DNA from: Thermodesulfobacteriota bacterium
GTDB taxonomy: Bacteria; Desulfobacterota; Desulfobulbia; Desulfobulbales; SURF-16
Reading direction: 5' to 3'
Length of the DNA stretch: 64,000 nucleotides
Assembly (NCBI GenBank): GCA_039715015.1
Contig: JBDLIE010000015.1
Location: 1 to 64,000 of the forward strand
Shown in pieces: positions 41,391 to 50,935 of the stretch. The position numbers were made by a program, and so were the translations under genes. Position 1 is the stretch's first letter. Each line of letters starts with the position of its first letter. The notes below the pieces were generated by a model. It searched no databases, had not been told where the DNA came from, and was given only the letters and a program-made list of their open reading frames with translations.

Positions 41391-43115
41391 TTATTTGCTG
41401 GGCCACCATTCAGGTTCCATTCTGGTCATCATATTAAAGCCGCCACCCAGAACAAGGGTGTTGGAGATGCCTACGGAATCGAGGAATATTTGAACCTCAA
41501 AGGAGCGGGTTCCGGCGTCACAGATGATGAGCAGGGTCTTGTCGGTGGGGAGTTTCTTATAGTTTTCCCGCACACTGTCATAGACCATTTCCACCCAGGC
41601 GTCGCCAAATTTTTCGGTAAAGGCCTTGACCTCGTTTGGATGCCTGACGTCCAGGGCAGCCCAATCCGGTTGACTGGAGAAGTCGTCCATCCAGGCCATG
41701 AATTCAGGAATGGAGACATTGCGCTGCCTGTTCATCTGCATGTTGTCAGCAACGTTTGCTGCGGCGTTAAGGGCATCCAGGGCCGTGGCAAAGGGGGGTG
41801 CGTAGGCCATCTCGCAGAGACTGAAATCATCGATGGTTCCGCCTTTAGCGATGAGGGCGGCAGCAGCATCAATACGGGCCAGCACTGCGTCATTCATGGG
41901 GCCGAAACCTTGGACGCCGAGAACCCTTCTGGTCCGGCGGTCAAAGACCATCTGCAGAGGAATTTTTGACTCGGTGGGGAAGAAATGGGCCCGGTCAGAG
42001 GGGGCGGTGATGGCGGCATCAGCATCAAAGCCAGCGGCCCGCGCGGATTCCAGAGAGAGGCCGGTGGCGCCGATGCAGCGCTCAAAGGCCTTCATGATAA
42101 AGGAGCCCATGGCGCCGGGATAGGTGGTGCCCAGGCCCGCCAGATTATCAGCGACGATGCGGCCTTCACGGTTGGCCAGGGAGCCCAGGGGGGCCATGAA
42201 CTTCTGACCGGAGACCATATGGCTCACCTCGATACAATCGCCAGCCGCGTAGATGTCGGGGTCGGAAGTCTGGAGGCGGTCATTGACCACTATGCCAAAG
42301 GGGGAGACCAGCAGGCCGGCCTCTTCTGCGAGTTGGCTGCGGGGCCGGACGCCGGTGGCCATGATAACGATATCTGTCTCAATGGTCCGATTGGGAGTGA
42401 CCACCTTACAGGCCTTGCCGTTCTCATCGGCAATAATCTCGGAGGCACCTTCTCCCGTGAAGATGTCAACGCCCATGGATTGCATGTGGTTTTCCAGCAT
42501 GGTGGAGAACCAGGGGTCGATAATGCGGGGCAGAAGCTGAGGCATGAATTCAACAACTGAGGTCTCGACCCCCCAAAGGTCAGCAAAGGCCTCGGCCATT
42601 TCCAGACCAATGGCGCCGCCACCAATAACAACAGCTTTGCCCACTTGGCCGGTGGCTAACTTGCCCTTGATATCAATGGCTTTATGGAGGTCGCTGATGG
42701 TGTAGACTCCGTCAAGATCAGCGCCGGGGATAGGCAGGACAAAGGGTTGGCTGCCGGTGCTGATTACCAGTTTGTCATAGGGGATGGTGTCTTTGGTGCC
42801 GCTTTTAACATCCTCGACCTCAAGGACCTTATCTTTGCGATTGATTCCCACAGCTCGGGTCAGGGTGCGGACAGTGACGCCCTTGGCGCGCAGAAAGAAA
42901 TCCTCGTTTCTGGTCATGTGAAAGCTGGTCTTGCGCAACTCATCCTCGTCTGCCACATCACCGGAAACATAGTAGGGGATGCCGCAGCCGCCGTAGGAAA
43001 TCAGACTGTCCTGATCGACAATGGTGATTTCGGCGTCCGGCATAAGCCGCCTGGCTCGGCATGCTGTTTTAGGTCCGGCAGCAACGCCACCGACAATAAC
43101 AATTTTCTCTCCCAT
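41391..43115 (-). CDS. FAD-dependent CoA-disulfide/persulfide reductase with a C-terminal rhodanese domain (Npsr/CoADR-RHD-like)
   Basis: GGVAAG, SYGGCGIPYY, GGGAIGLE, TSDPDIYAAGD, MAYAPPF, LDVR..ICDAGTRS. Confidence 0.88.
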   Translation of the reverse strand: MGEKIVIVGGVAAGPKTACRARRLMPDAEITIVDQDSLISYGGCGIPYYVSGDVADEDELRKTSFHMTRNEDFFLRAKGVTVRTLTRAVGINRKDKVLEVEDVKSGTKDTIPYDKLVISTGSQPFVLPIPGADLDGVYTISDLHKAIDIKGKLATGQVGKAVVIGGGAIGLEMAEAFADLWGVETSVVEFMPQLLPRIIDPWFSTMLENHMQSMGVDIFTGEGASEIIADENGKACKVVTPNRTIETDIVIMATGVRPRSQLAEEAGLLVSPFGIVVNDRLQTSDPDIYAAGDCIEVSHMVSGQKFMAPLGSLANREGRIVADNLAGLGTTYPGAMGSFIMKAFERCIGATGLSLESARAAGFDADAAITAPSDRAHFFPTESKIPLQMVFDRRTRRVLGVQGFGPMNDAVLARIDAAAALIAKGGTIDDFSLCEMAYAPPFATALDALNAAANVADNMQMNRQRNVSIPEFMAWMDDFSSQPDWAALDVRHPNEVKAFTEKFGDAWVEMVYDSVRENYKKLPTDKTLLIICDAGTRSFEVQIFLDSVGISNTLVLGGGFNMMTRMEPEWWPSK

Positions 43116-43315
43116 GTTCCTATCCCTCCGAAGGTGTAAAAGATATATTTTAAAAAATGCTAAAAGACAAGGAGTAAAGATAAAATCCCTGAGGCCTGAA
43201 GGAAAACTGTGGACGGACTAGTTTTGCTGGGGATTTTTCCAGGGAAATCATCAGGCTGCAAACAATATCGCGATAAACAAGGCCTGTCAATATTAGAGAA
43301 CCCTTAAATTCTTTC

Positions 43316-43358
43316 TTGACAAGTGGCAGGTGTGGGCATATATGTGGGCATATGCACA
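43316..43358 (+). promoter_or_regulatory. Promoter with a duplicated/palindromic GGCATATGC operator-like motif
   Basis: TTGACA at 43316; TGTGGGCATAT twice (43331, 43343); near-palindrome TGGGCATATGCACA. Confidence 0.65.
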
Positions 43359-43423
43359 AAATGATGAGGTGGGATTTGCTTTCAAAAAATATATTTTTTT
43401 AATTTTACCCCGGAGGATTAATT

Positions 43424-43834
43424 ATGGACCGCAATGACCTTTATTCCACAGAGACGAGTAAGACGGCCGCTGAATTTGCCAAAGATTTTGAGGCAGTTTG
43501 CCAGAAGTATGATTTCACGGTCAACAATAGCGATAGCATGGATATGGCAAGGACTTTCTCTGCCCATGGCGCCCCGGTTGGCGATGATTTCGATCTGCAT
43601 ATGATTCAGGTCTGCAAGCCTTCTAAGGCATCGAAGAGCCTAAGCGGCAATCCGGAACGTTCGATCCTGATGCCGAAATTCGTTATGGCGTTTAGCAAAG
43701 GTGGCAAGACCCAGCTTCGCTACATGAGCTACAGTACGGCGGATATCAAGGCCATGGTTGATGATGACGTTTTCCCGGGCGCCCTTGCTGAGACTTTTGC
43801 CAAGATCCGTTCCATGATCGACGAGGCTAAATAA
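43424..43834 (+). CDS. DUF302-like protein
   Basis: 136 aa; DMARTF..HMIQVCKP..ILMP pattern; GGAGG RBS. Confidence 0.7.
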   Translation: MDRNDLYSTETSKTAAEFAKDFEAVCQKYDFTVNNSDSMDMARTFSAHGAPVGDDFDLHMIQVCKPSKASKSLSGNPERSILMPKFVMAFSKGGKTQLRYMSYSTADIKAMVDDDVFPGALAETFAKIRSMIDEAK

Positions 43835-43914
43835 AAAGCGGGCAGATGCCAGCGGTGTGCAGTCTTGACTGGTTGCTGACCAGTGGCAACTGACAACTTT
43901 AACAAGGGGTTTTT

Positions 43915-44901
43915 ATGTGGAAACTACTTATCAAAATAAATAAGAATCTGATCTACGCCATCCCGGCATTGATGGTGGCAGGTTTTTGTTTCGGGGCCAA
44001 TGTTGATCCGGCCCTGGTGAAGAAACTGAAGTCTCTGATTATGCCCATGACCTTTCTCATGGTCTACCCCATGATGGTCACCCTGAATATTAAACATCTC
44101 CAGCAGGGTTTAAAGAACGTCAAACTGCAGGTGTTGACCCAGGTTATCAACTTCGCTGTTATTCCCTTTGTGGCCTATGGCCTGGGAGTTTGGCTTTTTC
44201 CGGGCCAGCCTTATATGGCCTTGGGGCTCTTGCTGGCCTCCCTGCTTCCCACCAGCGGCATGACCATCTCCTGGACCGGCTTTGCCAAGGGCAATATGGG
44301 GGCGGCCATCAACATGACCGTCATCGGTTTGACCCTGGGGTCTCTGGCAACGCCCTTTTATGTCAAAGGGCTCTTGGGGGCCAAGGTGGATGTCAATGTA
44401 CTGCTGGTCATTAAGCAGATTGTTCTCATTGTCTTTATTCCCATGCTTCTTGGCTATATAACGCGAACGGCTCTGCTTAAAAAATACGCCATGGCCGATT
44501 TTAAGGCGAAGATCGCTCCTCGTTTTCCGGCCATGTCCACCATTGGTGTGCTTGGTATCGTCTTTGTGGCCATGGCTTTAAAGGCAAAAACAGTAATGGC
44601 TAACCCCGCCATTCTGGGAGGGATCTTTATCCCCCTACTGATTATTTATGGGCTTAATTTCTCGCTTTCCACCTTGATCGGCAAGGTTATGTTTAAGCGG
44701 GGGGATGCCATTGCCCTGGTCTATGGCACGGTTATGCGCAATCTCTCCATTGCTTTGGCCATTGCCATCAATGCCTTTGGAGAGGCAGGCGCCAATGCAG
44801 CCCTGGTTATTGCCGTTTCCTATATTATCCAGGTCCAGTCAGCAGCCTGGTATGTCAAATTAACAGATTCAATTTTTGGACCACCGCCTGCAGAGGCATA
44901 G
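43915..44901 (+). CDS. Acr3/bile acid:sodium symporter (SBF) family transporter
   Basis: About 10 TM segments; FLMVYPMM, PTSGMTISWT, MRNLSIALAIA. Confidence 0.85.
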   Translation: MWKLLIKINKNLIYAIPALMVAGFCFGANVDPALVKKLKSLIMPMTFLMVYPMMVTLNIKHLQQGLKNVKLQVLTQVINFAVIPFVAYGLGVWLFPGQPYMALGLLLASLLPTSGMTISWTGFAKGNMGAAINMTVIGLTLGSLATPFYVKGLLGAKVDVNVLLVIKQIVLIVFIPMLLGYITRTALLKKYAMADFKAKIAPRFPAMSTIGVLGIVFVAMALKAKTVMANPAILGGIFIPLLIIYGLNFSLSTLIGKVMFKRGDAIALVYGTVMRNLSIALAIAINAFGEAGANAALVIAVSYIIQVQSAAWYVKLTDSIFGPPPAEA

Positions 44902-44921
44902 GTCGCTAGAGAGGTTTTCTG

Positions 44922-45317
44922 ATGAGTGTAATGAAGGTAGTAGTTCCGTCAAATAATCCGGGTGGTATGGAGGCTGAGAGGTCAGATCATTTTGGTCATT
45001 GCGATGTCTTTACCATGATCACTGTGAGCAACGGCCAGATCGACAAGGTGGAAACCGTCGAACAGATTGCCCATGATGCAGGCGGCTGTATGGTGCCGGT
45101 GAAAACCTTAAGTGGCAGCGGCGCGCAGGCCATTGTCGTGGGAGGTATTGGTGCCCGCCCGCTGGCCGGTTTTGCCCAAGAGGGTATTGATGTTTATTTT
45201 GCACCACGGGAGCAGATTCGAACTGTCAATGAGGTGATGGACGCTTTTTTACAAGGCAATTTGCCCATCATGCAGCCAAGCCAGGCCTGCAAGGGCGGCA
45301 GCAACTGCCATCACTAG
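44922..45317 (+). CDS. NifB/NifX-family (dinitrogenase FeMo-cofactor domain) protein
   Basis: SDHFGHCDVF, GGCMVPV, VGGIGARP. Confidence 0.88.
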   Translation: MSVMKVVVPSNNPGGMEAERSDHFGHCDVFTMITVSNGQIDKVETVEQIAHDAGGCMVPVKTLSGSGAQAIVVGGIGARPLAGFAQEGIDVYFAPREQIRTVNEVMDAFLQGNLPIMQPSQACKGGSNCHH

Positions 45318-45363
45318 AAAGTAACCAGCAGCCAGCGGATAGAATTTCAGTAGCTGTACCTGG

Positions 45364-45648
45364 TCACTGACCACTGTCAGTTAAGATAAGGGCCTCACCA
45401 TTAACAATGGCTGAGGCCATTTTTTTTCGGGCCGAGGTCAGAATGCGCTGCACCGTTCCCCGGGACACACCCATCTGATGACCGGCCTGTTCCTGGGTCA
45501 TCCCCTCCAGATCACAGAGGCGGAGGGCCTCAACTTCATCATAGAGCAGGTCAACCTGTTTGAGCTCAGACATGGGAACGCGGGTGGGCTTAAAGGCCTT
45601 GCCGCATATTATTCCTTCGCAAAATCGTTTCTTCTTCGGACGCGCCAT
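45364..45648 (-). CDS. DUF134 (UPF0251) HTH DNA-binding protein
   Basis: MARPKKKR..FKP..DEVEALRLCDLEGMTQEQAG..MGVSRGTVQRIL. Confidence 0.9.
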   Translation of the reverse strand: MARPKKKRFCEGIICGKAFKPTRVPMSELKQVDLLYDEVEALRLCDLEGMTQEQAGHQMGVSRGTVQRILTSARKKMASAIVNGEALILTDSGQ

Positions 45649-45897
45649 AATAAGGATACTTCAGTGTTGTCTGAGGGTGAGTATGTGCCTGAAATGAATG
45701 GGACTGAAAATAGGGTCGCTGGATACAATAAGCAATGTAAAGCAATAAGTAACGGAAGCGGAAAATTATTAAAATAGAAAATGGCAGGATGTACATTGGG
45801 ATAATGGGATAAAATTGCTTCAATTTCTGCTGTAAGGTACTGTTATCGCGCTGCTTTTATAAGCAGCAAAAGGGGTGGTAAACCTGCAAAATTTTGG

Positions 45898-45953
45898 TTG
45901 ACAAAAAAAGGTGCGAGGGATAAGTTCTCAAAACTGAATTTCTATTCAGAAAT
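45898..45953 (+). promoter_or_regulatory. dsrA promoter with overlapping palindromes at the start site
   Basis: TTGACA-N17-TAAGTT; CTGAAT-N4-ATTCAG and ATTTCT-N4-AGAAAT. Confidence 0.65.
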
Positions 45954-46068
45954 AGTTTTTTCTCATCGCTATGGGTTTTCGTGGCCATTAGGCTCCGAAG
46001 ATTCGTAACGGTGAATAGAGGTATAGGCTTTTTTTATATTCAAAGATCCTTAAGGAGGAAACGAGAAA

Positions 46069-47343
46069 ATGCCAAAGCATGATACGCCCTTAATGGACGA
46101 GCTCGAGAGTGGTCCATGGCCATCTTTTGTAACTGATCTCAAGCGTCAGGCTGAGACCAAGCCAGAGTGTTGGGATATTCTGGGACAAATGGAGCTTTCG
46201 TTCAAAGACAGAATTACCCACTGGAAACACGGCGGAATCGTTGGTGTATTCGGTTACGGTGGTGGTATTGTTGGTCGCTATTCCGACTCACCTAAAGAGT
46301 TCCCTGGAGTTGCACACTTCCATACCGTACGTCTGAACCAGCCTTCCAGTAAATTCTACAGCTCAGCGAAACTTCGCGACATCTGTGATCTCTGGGAGAA
46401 GTATGGTTCCGGTATGACCAATATGCACGGTTCCACCGGTGACCTTATTCTTCTTGGTACCCGTACCGAGAATCTGGAGCCCCTGTTCTACGACTTGACC
46501 CATGATCTCAAGCAGGATCTTGGTGGTTCCGGTTCCAACCTGCGTACCCCTGCCTGTTGTCTCGGTCAGGCACGCTGCGAGTGGGCCTGTTATGACACAG
46601 CTGCCATCTGTCATCACCTGACCATGCATTATCAGGATGAGATTCATCGTCCTGCCTTCCCTTACAAGTTCAAATTCAAATTTTCCGGTTGTCCGAACGA
46701 CTGTGTTGCTTCCATCGCCCGTTCCGACTTTTCCGTAATCGGTACCTGGAAAGATGATATCCGCATTGATCAGGCTGCAGTTCAGGGCTACATCAAAGGC
46801 GAGTACAAACCAAACGGTGGCCACCGCACAGAGTCCAAAGCATTTGATATGGAAGCAGACGTTCTGTCTCTCTGCCCCACCAAATGCATGCGCATGAAAG
46901 GCGACGATCTGCAGATCGACGACAAGAACTGTACCCGTTGTATGCATTGCATCAACATGATGCCTCGCGCTCTGCGCCCCGGTGCCCAGCAGGGTGCTTC
47001 CATCCTTTGTGGTGCTAAGGCTCCTATCCTTGATGGTGCTCAGCTTGCCACTCTCATCATTCCTTTCATCGAAATCAATGCTGACAATGACTTCGAAGAA
47101 GTTATCGAAGTCATTGAAAACATCTGGGATTGGTGGATGGAGAACGGTAAGAACCGCGAGCGTCTTGGTGAGACCATGCAGCGCGTAGGTCTTCCGACCT
47201 TCCTGAGAGTTATGGACGTTGAGCCGATTCCTCAGCATGTTAAGATTCCTCGTGAGAACCCATACGTCTTTTGGACTGATGAAGAGGTTCCTGGTGGTTT
47301 TGAGCGCGATGTTAGGGAATTCCGTAAGAAGCACGCCCAATAA
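46069..47343 (+). CDS. dsrA: Dissimilatory sulfite reductase alpha subunit
   Basis: THWKHGGIVGV; CCLGQARC..GCPNDC siroheme-[4Fe-4S] motif; CTRCMHC. Confidence 0.98.
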   Translation: MPKHDTPLMDELESGPWPSFVTDLKRQAETKPECWDILGQMELSFKDRITHWKHGGIVGVFGYGGGIVGRYSDSPKEFPGVAHFHTVRLNQPSSKFYSSAKLRDICDLWEKYGSGMTNMHGSTGDLILLGTRTENLEPLFYDLTHDLKQDLGGSGSNLRTPACCLGQARCEWACYDTAAICHHLTMHYQDEIHRPAFPYKFKFKFSGCPNDCVASIARSDFSVIGTWKDDIRIDQAAVQGYIKGEYKPNGGHRTESKAFDMEADVLSLCPTKCMRMKGDDLQIDDKNCTRCMHCINMMPRALRPGAQQGASILCGAKAPILDGAQLATLIIPFIEINADNDFEEVIEVIENIWDWWMENGKNRERLGETMQRVGLPTFLRVMDVEPIPQHVKIPRENPYVFWTDEEVPGGFERDVREFRKKHAQ

Positions 47344-47409
47344 TCAGGCTCTGATTACAGGTACGGATAAATAAAATAAAATTCATTCTTCTATAGAAGG
47401 AGGTTTATT

Positions 47410-48540
47410 ATGGGTTACGATCCAGAAAATCCCATGGCGGACAGAATCACCGATATCGGTCCTCCACATTTTGAACAATTTTACCCACCAGTTATCAAAG
47501 ATAACAAGGGTAAGTGGCTCTACCATGAGATGGTACAGCCTGGTGTTTTAGTACATGTTTCCGAGACCGGCGCTGAGTGTTACACCGTACGTGTAGGTTC
47601 CGCCCGTCTGATCTCAATTGAGCAGATTCGTGAGCTTTGTGACATCGCTGATGCCCATTGCGATGGTTTCCTCCGTTTCACCACTCGTAACAACGTTGAG
47701 TTCATGACTGATTCTAAAGATAAGGTTCAGCCTCTTCTTGACGATCTTGCTTCTCGTGGCAACAAGTTTCCTGTTGGTGGTACCGGTGCCTGTGTTTCAA
47801 ACTGTGTGCATACCCAGGGTTGGATTCACTGCCATACTCCTGCCACTGACGCCTCTGGTGTTGTTAAGGCGGTTATGGATGAGATCTTCGACCAATTCAC
47901 CGAATCAAAACTGCCTGCTAAGGTTAAGCTTGCTCTTGCCTGCTGTCTGAACATGTGTGGTGCTGTACATTGCTCCGATATCGCTATCCTCGGTGTACAT
48001 CGTAAGCCACCCATGATCGACCATGACGCTATCTCCGGACTCTGCGAGCTGCCTCTGGCCATCGCTTCTTGTCCCCTCGGCGCTGTTAAGCCTGCCAAGG
48101 CCACCAATTCCGCCGGTGAAGAGATCAAGTCTGTAACCGTTAACGCCGACCGTTGTATGTTCTGTGGTAACTGTTACACCATGTGTCCGGCCATGCCTCT
48201 TGCTGATCCTGATGGTGACGGTATTGCTATCCTGGTTGGTGGTAAGGTTTCCAATGCGAAATCTGACCCCACCTTCTCAAAGATGGTTATTCCCTTCCTG
48301 CCCAACACTCCGCCCCGCTGGCCTGAGACTGTTGACGCTATCAAGAATATCCTTGAGGTTTATGCTAAGGATGCTAAGCAGTACGAGCGTCTTGGTGAGT
48401 GGTGTGACCGTATCGGTTGGGAGATGTTCTTTGAGAAGACCGGTATTCCATTTACCATGAAGTCTATCGATGACTATCGTCTGGCTTATGATACCTGGAG
48501 AACCACCACGAACTTCAAGTTCACCAGCCACTGCAAATAA
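47410..48540 (+). CDS. dsrB: Dissimilatory sulfite reductase beta subunit
   Basis: [33 protein letters not shown]. Confidence 0.98.
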   Translation: MGYDPENPMADRITDIGPPHFEQFYPPVIKDNKGKWLYHEMVQPGVLVHVSETGAECYTVRVGSARLISIEQIRELCDIADAHCDGFLRFTTRNNVEFMTDSKDKVQPLLDDLASRGNKFPVGGTGACVSNCVHTQGWIHCHTPATDASGVVKAVMDEIFDQFTESKLPAKVKLALACCLNMCGAVHCSDIAILGVHRKPPMIDHDAISGLCELPLAIASCPLGAVKPAKATNSAGEEIKSVTVNADRCMFCGNCYTMCPAMPLADPDGDGIAILVGGKVSNAKSDPTFSKMVIPFLPNTPPRWPETVDAIKNILEVYAKDAKQYERLGEWCDRIGWEMFFEKTGIPFTMKSIDDYRLAYDTWRTTTNFKFTSHCK

Positions 48541-48562
48541 TTTTCATTAATTATTTGTAGAT

Positions 48563-48602
48563 AAGTGCGGATAGCTGGCGTAGTCCGGTTATCCGCACTT
48601 TT
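48563..48602 (+). terminator. Terminator-like hairpin between dsrB and dsrD
   Basis: AAGTGCGGATAGCTGG..CCGGTTATCCGCACTTTT. Confidence 0.7.
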
Positions 48603-48640
48603 GGTTTAACCAGTTACCATCAATAAATGGAGAACTCCGC

Positions 48641-48886
48641 ATGCCATTATCAAAAGAAGATCTTGAAGCAGCAATCATCGAGAAGGCAACTAAGGCCCCT
48701 AAGCCAGCGCTCTACATTAAAGATTTTTACAAGTGCGATCCTGACAGCAAGCCTCGTGCAATCAAGAACGTTGCCAATGACCTGGTGAAACAAGGAAAAC
48801 TGATGTTCTGGTCTTCCGGTTCCACCACCATGTATGCTCTTCCTTCACGTGTCAAGGACGAAGAAAAGCAGGACATGAGCGACTAG
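48641..48886 (+). CDS. dsrD: Dissimilatory sulfite reductase D
   Basis: LYIKDF and LMFWSSGSTTMY signature; position after dsrB. Confidence 0.95.
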   Translation: MPLSKEDLEAAIIEKATKAPKPALYIKDFYKCDPDSKPRAIKNVANDLVKQGKLMFWSSGSTTMYALPSRVKDEEKQDMSD

Positions 48887-48917
48887 TCTTACCCGTTAGT
48901 TTTCGTTTCTGAGAAAC

Positions 48918-48957
48918 AAAAAAGCCCGTTACTCACATGTGAGTAACGGGCTTTTTT
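48918..48957. terminator. Bidirectional intrinsic terminator
   Basis: AAAAAAGCCCGTTACTCAC/GTGAGTAACGGGCTTTTTT. Confidence 0.88.
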
Positions 48958-49004
48958 GTGTTTAATGCATCGGTGTGGCCAGTATGATGCCGTATCACTA
49001 TTTT

Positions 49005-49088
49005 GTAGGAGCCCAGCCCTCTGGGCGATTAAAGCTTGGGCATCGTGTTGCTCAGGCCAATCATTCGCCCAGAGGGCTGGGCTCCTAC
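49005..49088. repeat. GTAG-family REP doublet (REPIN-like)
   Basis: GTAGGAGCCCAGCCCTCTGGGCGA and its perfect 24-bp reverse complement, 36 bp apart. Confidence 0.85.
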
Positions 49089-49114
49089 TCTCTTCTAAGA
49101 AGTAGTGAAATGCT

Positions 49115-49708
49115 CTATTTCATAATCTCTTTGGCCTTGGTCTCATACCCTTCAGCCTCTTCAGGGTGCTTGAAGTTACGATGGGCCTTGGCAATCATAT
49201 TGTAACAATCGGCAGCTCTTTCCTTGTCTTCATTTAAAATAAAAATGTCAGCCATGATATCCAGGGTTTCCACAACGCCCTTGGGGTCACGATTGCCGGT
49301 GTACTCGTCAAAGATGTCCCAGTACATATCCAAAGCTTCTTCATAGCGCTTCATTTTGACAAAAATGGCAGCTTTCTTCTTCTCCAATCCAAAGAGGGAG
49401 TAGCGATCGAAATCGTCGGTGCAGATCTTATAGGCCCGGTCATAATGGACAAGGGCCTTGTCAAAATCACCCCGCTCTGAACAGATGTCGCCAAGCTGAT
49501 CTGAGGCGTTTGCCACACCATGAAGATCGCCCTCTTCCTCCCAGCCCATGAGGGCGTTGTGGAAGGCGTTAGCCGCCATGGATTGTTCTTTGTTTTTAAG
49601 GAAATCAATTCCTTCGTTATAGTCTTTGCGGGGCTGGGTCATATTGGCCTCAGCCTCAGCGACCTCCTGGGGGTTGGTTGGGATAACTTTAAGGGAACCG
49701 TCATTCAT
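49115..49708 (-). CDS. TPR-repeat protein
   Basis: TPR-like helices (ANASDQLGDIC..ALVHYDRA). Confidence 0.82.
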   Translation of the reverse strand: MNDGSLKVIPTNPQEVAEAEANMTQPRKDYNEGIDFLKNKEQSMAANAFHNALMGWEEEGDLHGVANASDQLGDICSERGDFDKALVHYDRAYKICTDDFDRYSLFGLEKKKAAIFVKMKRYEEALDMYWDIFDEYTGNRDPKGVVETLDIMADIFILNEDKERAADCYNMIAKAHRNFKHPEEAEGYETKAKEIMK

Positions 49709-49742
49709 GATATTTTCCTGCAATATGTAAAATTAATATGTT

Positions 49743-50924
49743 TTAAAGTTGGGCATTGCCTAGGGTAAGGGGGGCCGGTTTAGCGTTTTCCGACATAGTG
49801 CCCATATTGGCCAAGGCCTCTTTGGCCAAGGCTCCCACCGTTGTTTTGCGGGGTAAGCCATCTTCATAGATTGTCAGCTCGGCCTGATCATCAACCAGCT
49901 TTTCGATCTCGCTTTTGACCTCCATGGCGTTAATACGGCCAAAGAGAAGGACAGCATTGCCACGGGTAAGAGGGTCTTCATGGTGGACAAAGTCAAAAAC
50001 AGCATAGACCGGGGTTTGCCTGATCACATCAGGGCTTTCCTTGGCAATGGTGGCCATGGCCCAGAGGACAATGGATCGGCTGGAATCAACACCGCGGTAC
50101 ATGAGAAGGTGGCGAGCAAAGGAACCATAGAGATCAGCACGGGCGGCAATGATGCTGCCAATGGTCTCCAGCAGGCCCCAATGGGTTGAGGCTGAATCGG
50201 TGCACGACTCATACATCCTGTGCAGCACGTCACTGACCATGCCTGGCTTAAGGGTAGAGACCCGGCGGCAGACCTGGGCCATGACATGGGCTGTATGATA
50301 GCGTTCTTTCTCGCTGGGCGAATAGAGCAGACGCTGCATAAAGCGTAAGGTCTTATTGTCGTCAAAGGTGGCGCGGACAAGCTCGTCAATATTGCTCCCC
50401 GCTACCCATTTGTTGACGTCAGGCTTTTTGACCCGTTGTTTTTTTCTTTTAGGATCAGGCTTCGGCTCCATCTCTGGTATCACAAAGGTGCCGATGGCCG
50501 TTGATTTCACCTTGGCAGAGTGGTCTTTCTTATGGTCTTTGAGCTTACTTGAAAGATCGGAGATATCCTTGGTGAGGCGGATGAAGTAGAGGATGCCGCC
50601 GATTTTACGACCATCATGCTCACGGGATTCGTACACATAATGGGTCAGCTCGTCATAGTTCTCAAGACGGCTGGATAGATAGTCAACGTCAGGTTCGAGT
50701 TCCCAGGCCAGGTCAGGATTGTCGTCGCAGGCCGCCACCATGCATTCAACCATGGCTGATCCTACGTTGAAACCGGTGGGCTCAGAAACATAGACAGCGC
50801 CGCATTGACACTCGCCAAGGAGGAACTCATCCATCTTCCGTTCCTTGGGCTCCTGGGGACGGCCAACATTCTGGCCGCAAAAGGGGCACCATGGCCGGGT
50901 TTTTATAACTGGTCCTTTACTCAT
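49743..50924 (-). CDS. HEAT-repeat (DVU0298-like) protein with an N-terminal Cys/Zn-ribbon region
   Basis: CPFC..CQCG N-terminus; DSASTHWG..ETIGSII; IYEDG..TVGALA. Confidence 0.75.
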   Translation of the reverse strand: MSKGPVIKTRPWCPFCGQNVGRPQEPKERKMDEFLLGECQCGAVYVSEPTGFNVGSAMVECMVAACDDNPDLAWELEPDVDYLSSRLENYDELTHYVYESREHDGRKIGGILYFIRLTKDISDLSSKLKDHKKDHSAKVKSTAIGTFVIPEMEPKPDPKRKKQRVKKPDVNKWVAGSNIDELVRATFDDNKTLRFMQRLLYSPSEKERYHTAHVMAQVCRRVSTLKPGMVSDVLHRMYESCTDSASTHWGLLETIGSIIAARADLYGSFARHLLMYRGVDSSRSIVLWAMATIAKESPDVIRQTPVYAVFDFVHHEDPLTRGNAVLLFGRINAMEVKSEIEKLVDDQAELTIYEDGLPRKTTVGALAKEALANMGTMSENAKPAPLTLGNAQL

Positions 50925-50935
50925 GTTCTCTGTGC

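Noticed and set aside
44922..45317. NifX-like gene as evidence of nitrogen fixation
   Set aside because: Stand-alone NifB/NifX-domain proteins are common in non-diazotrophic anaerobes, and no nif structural genes are in the window.
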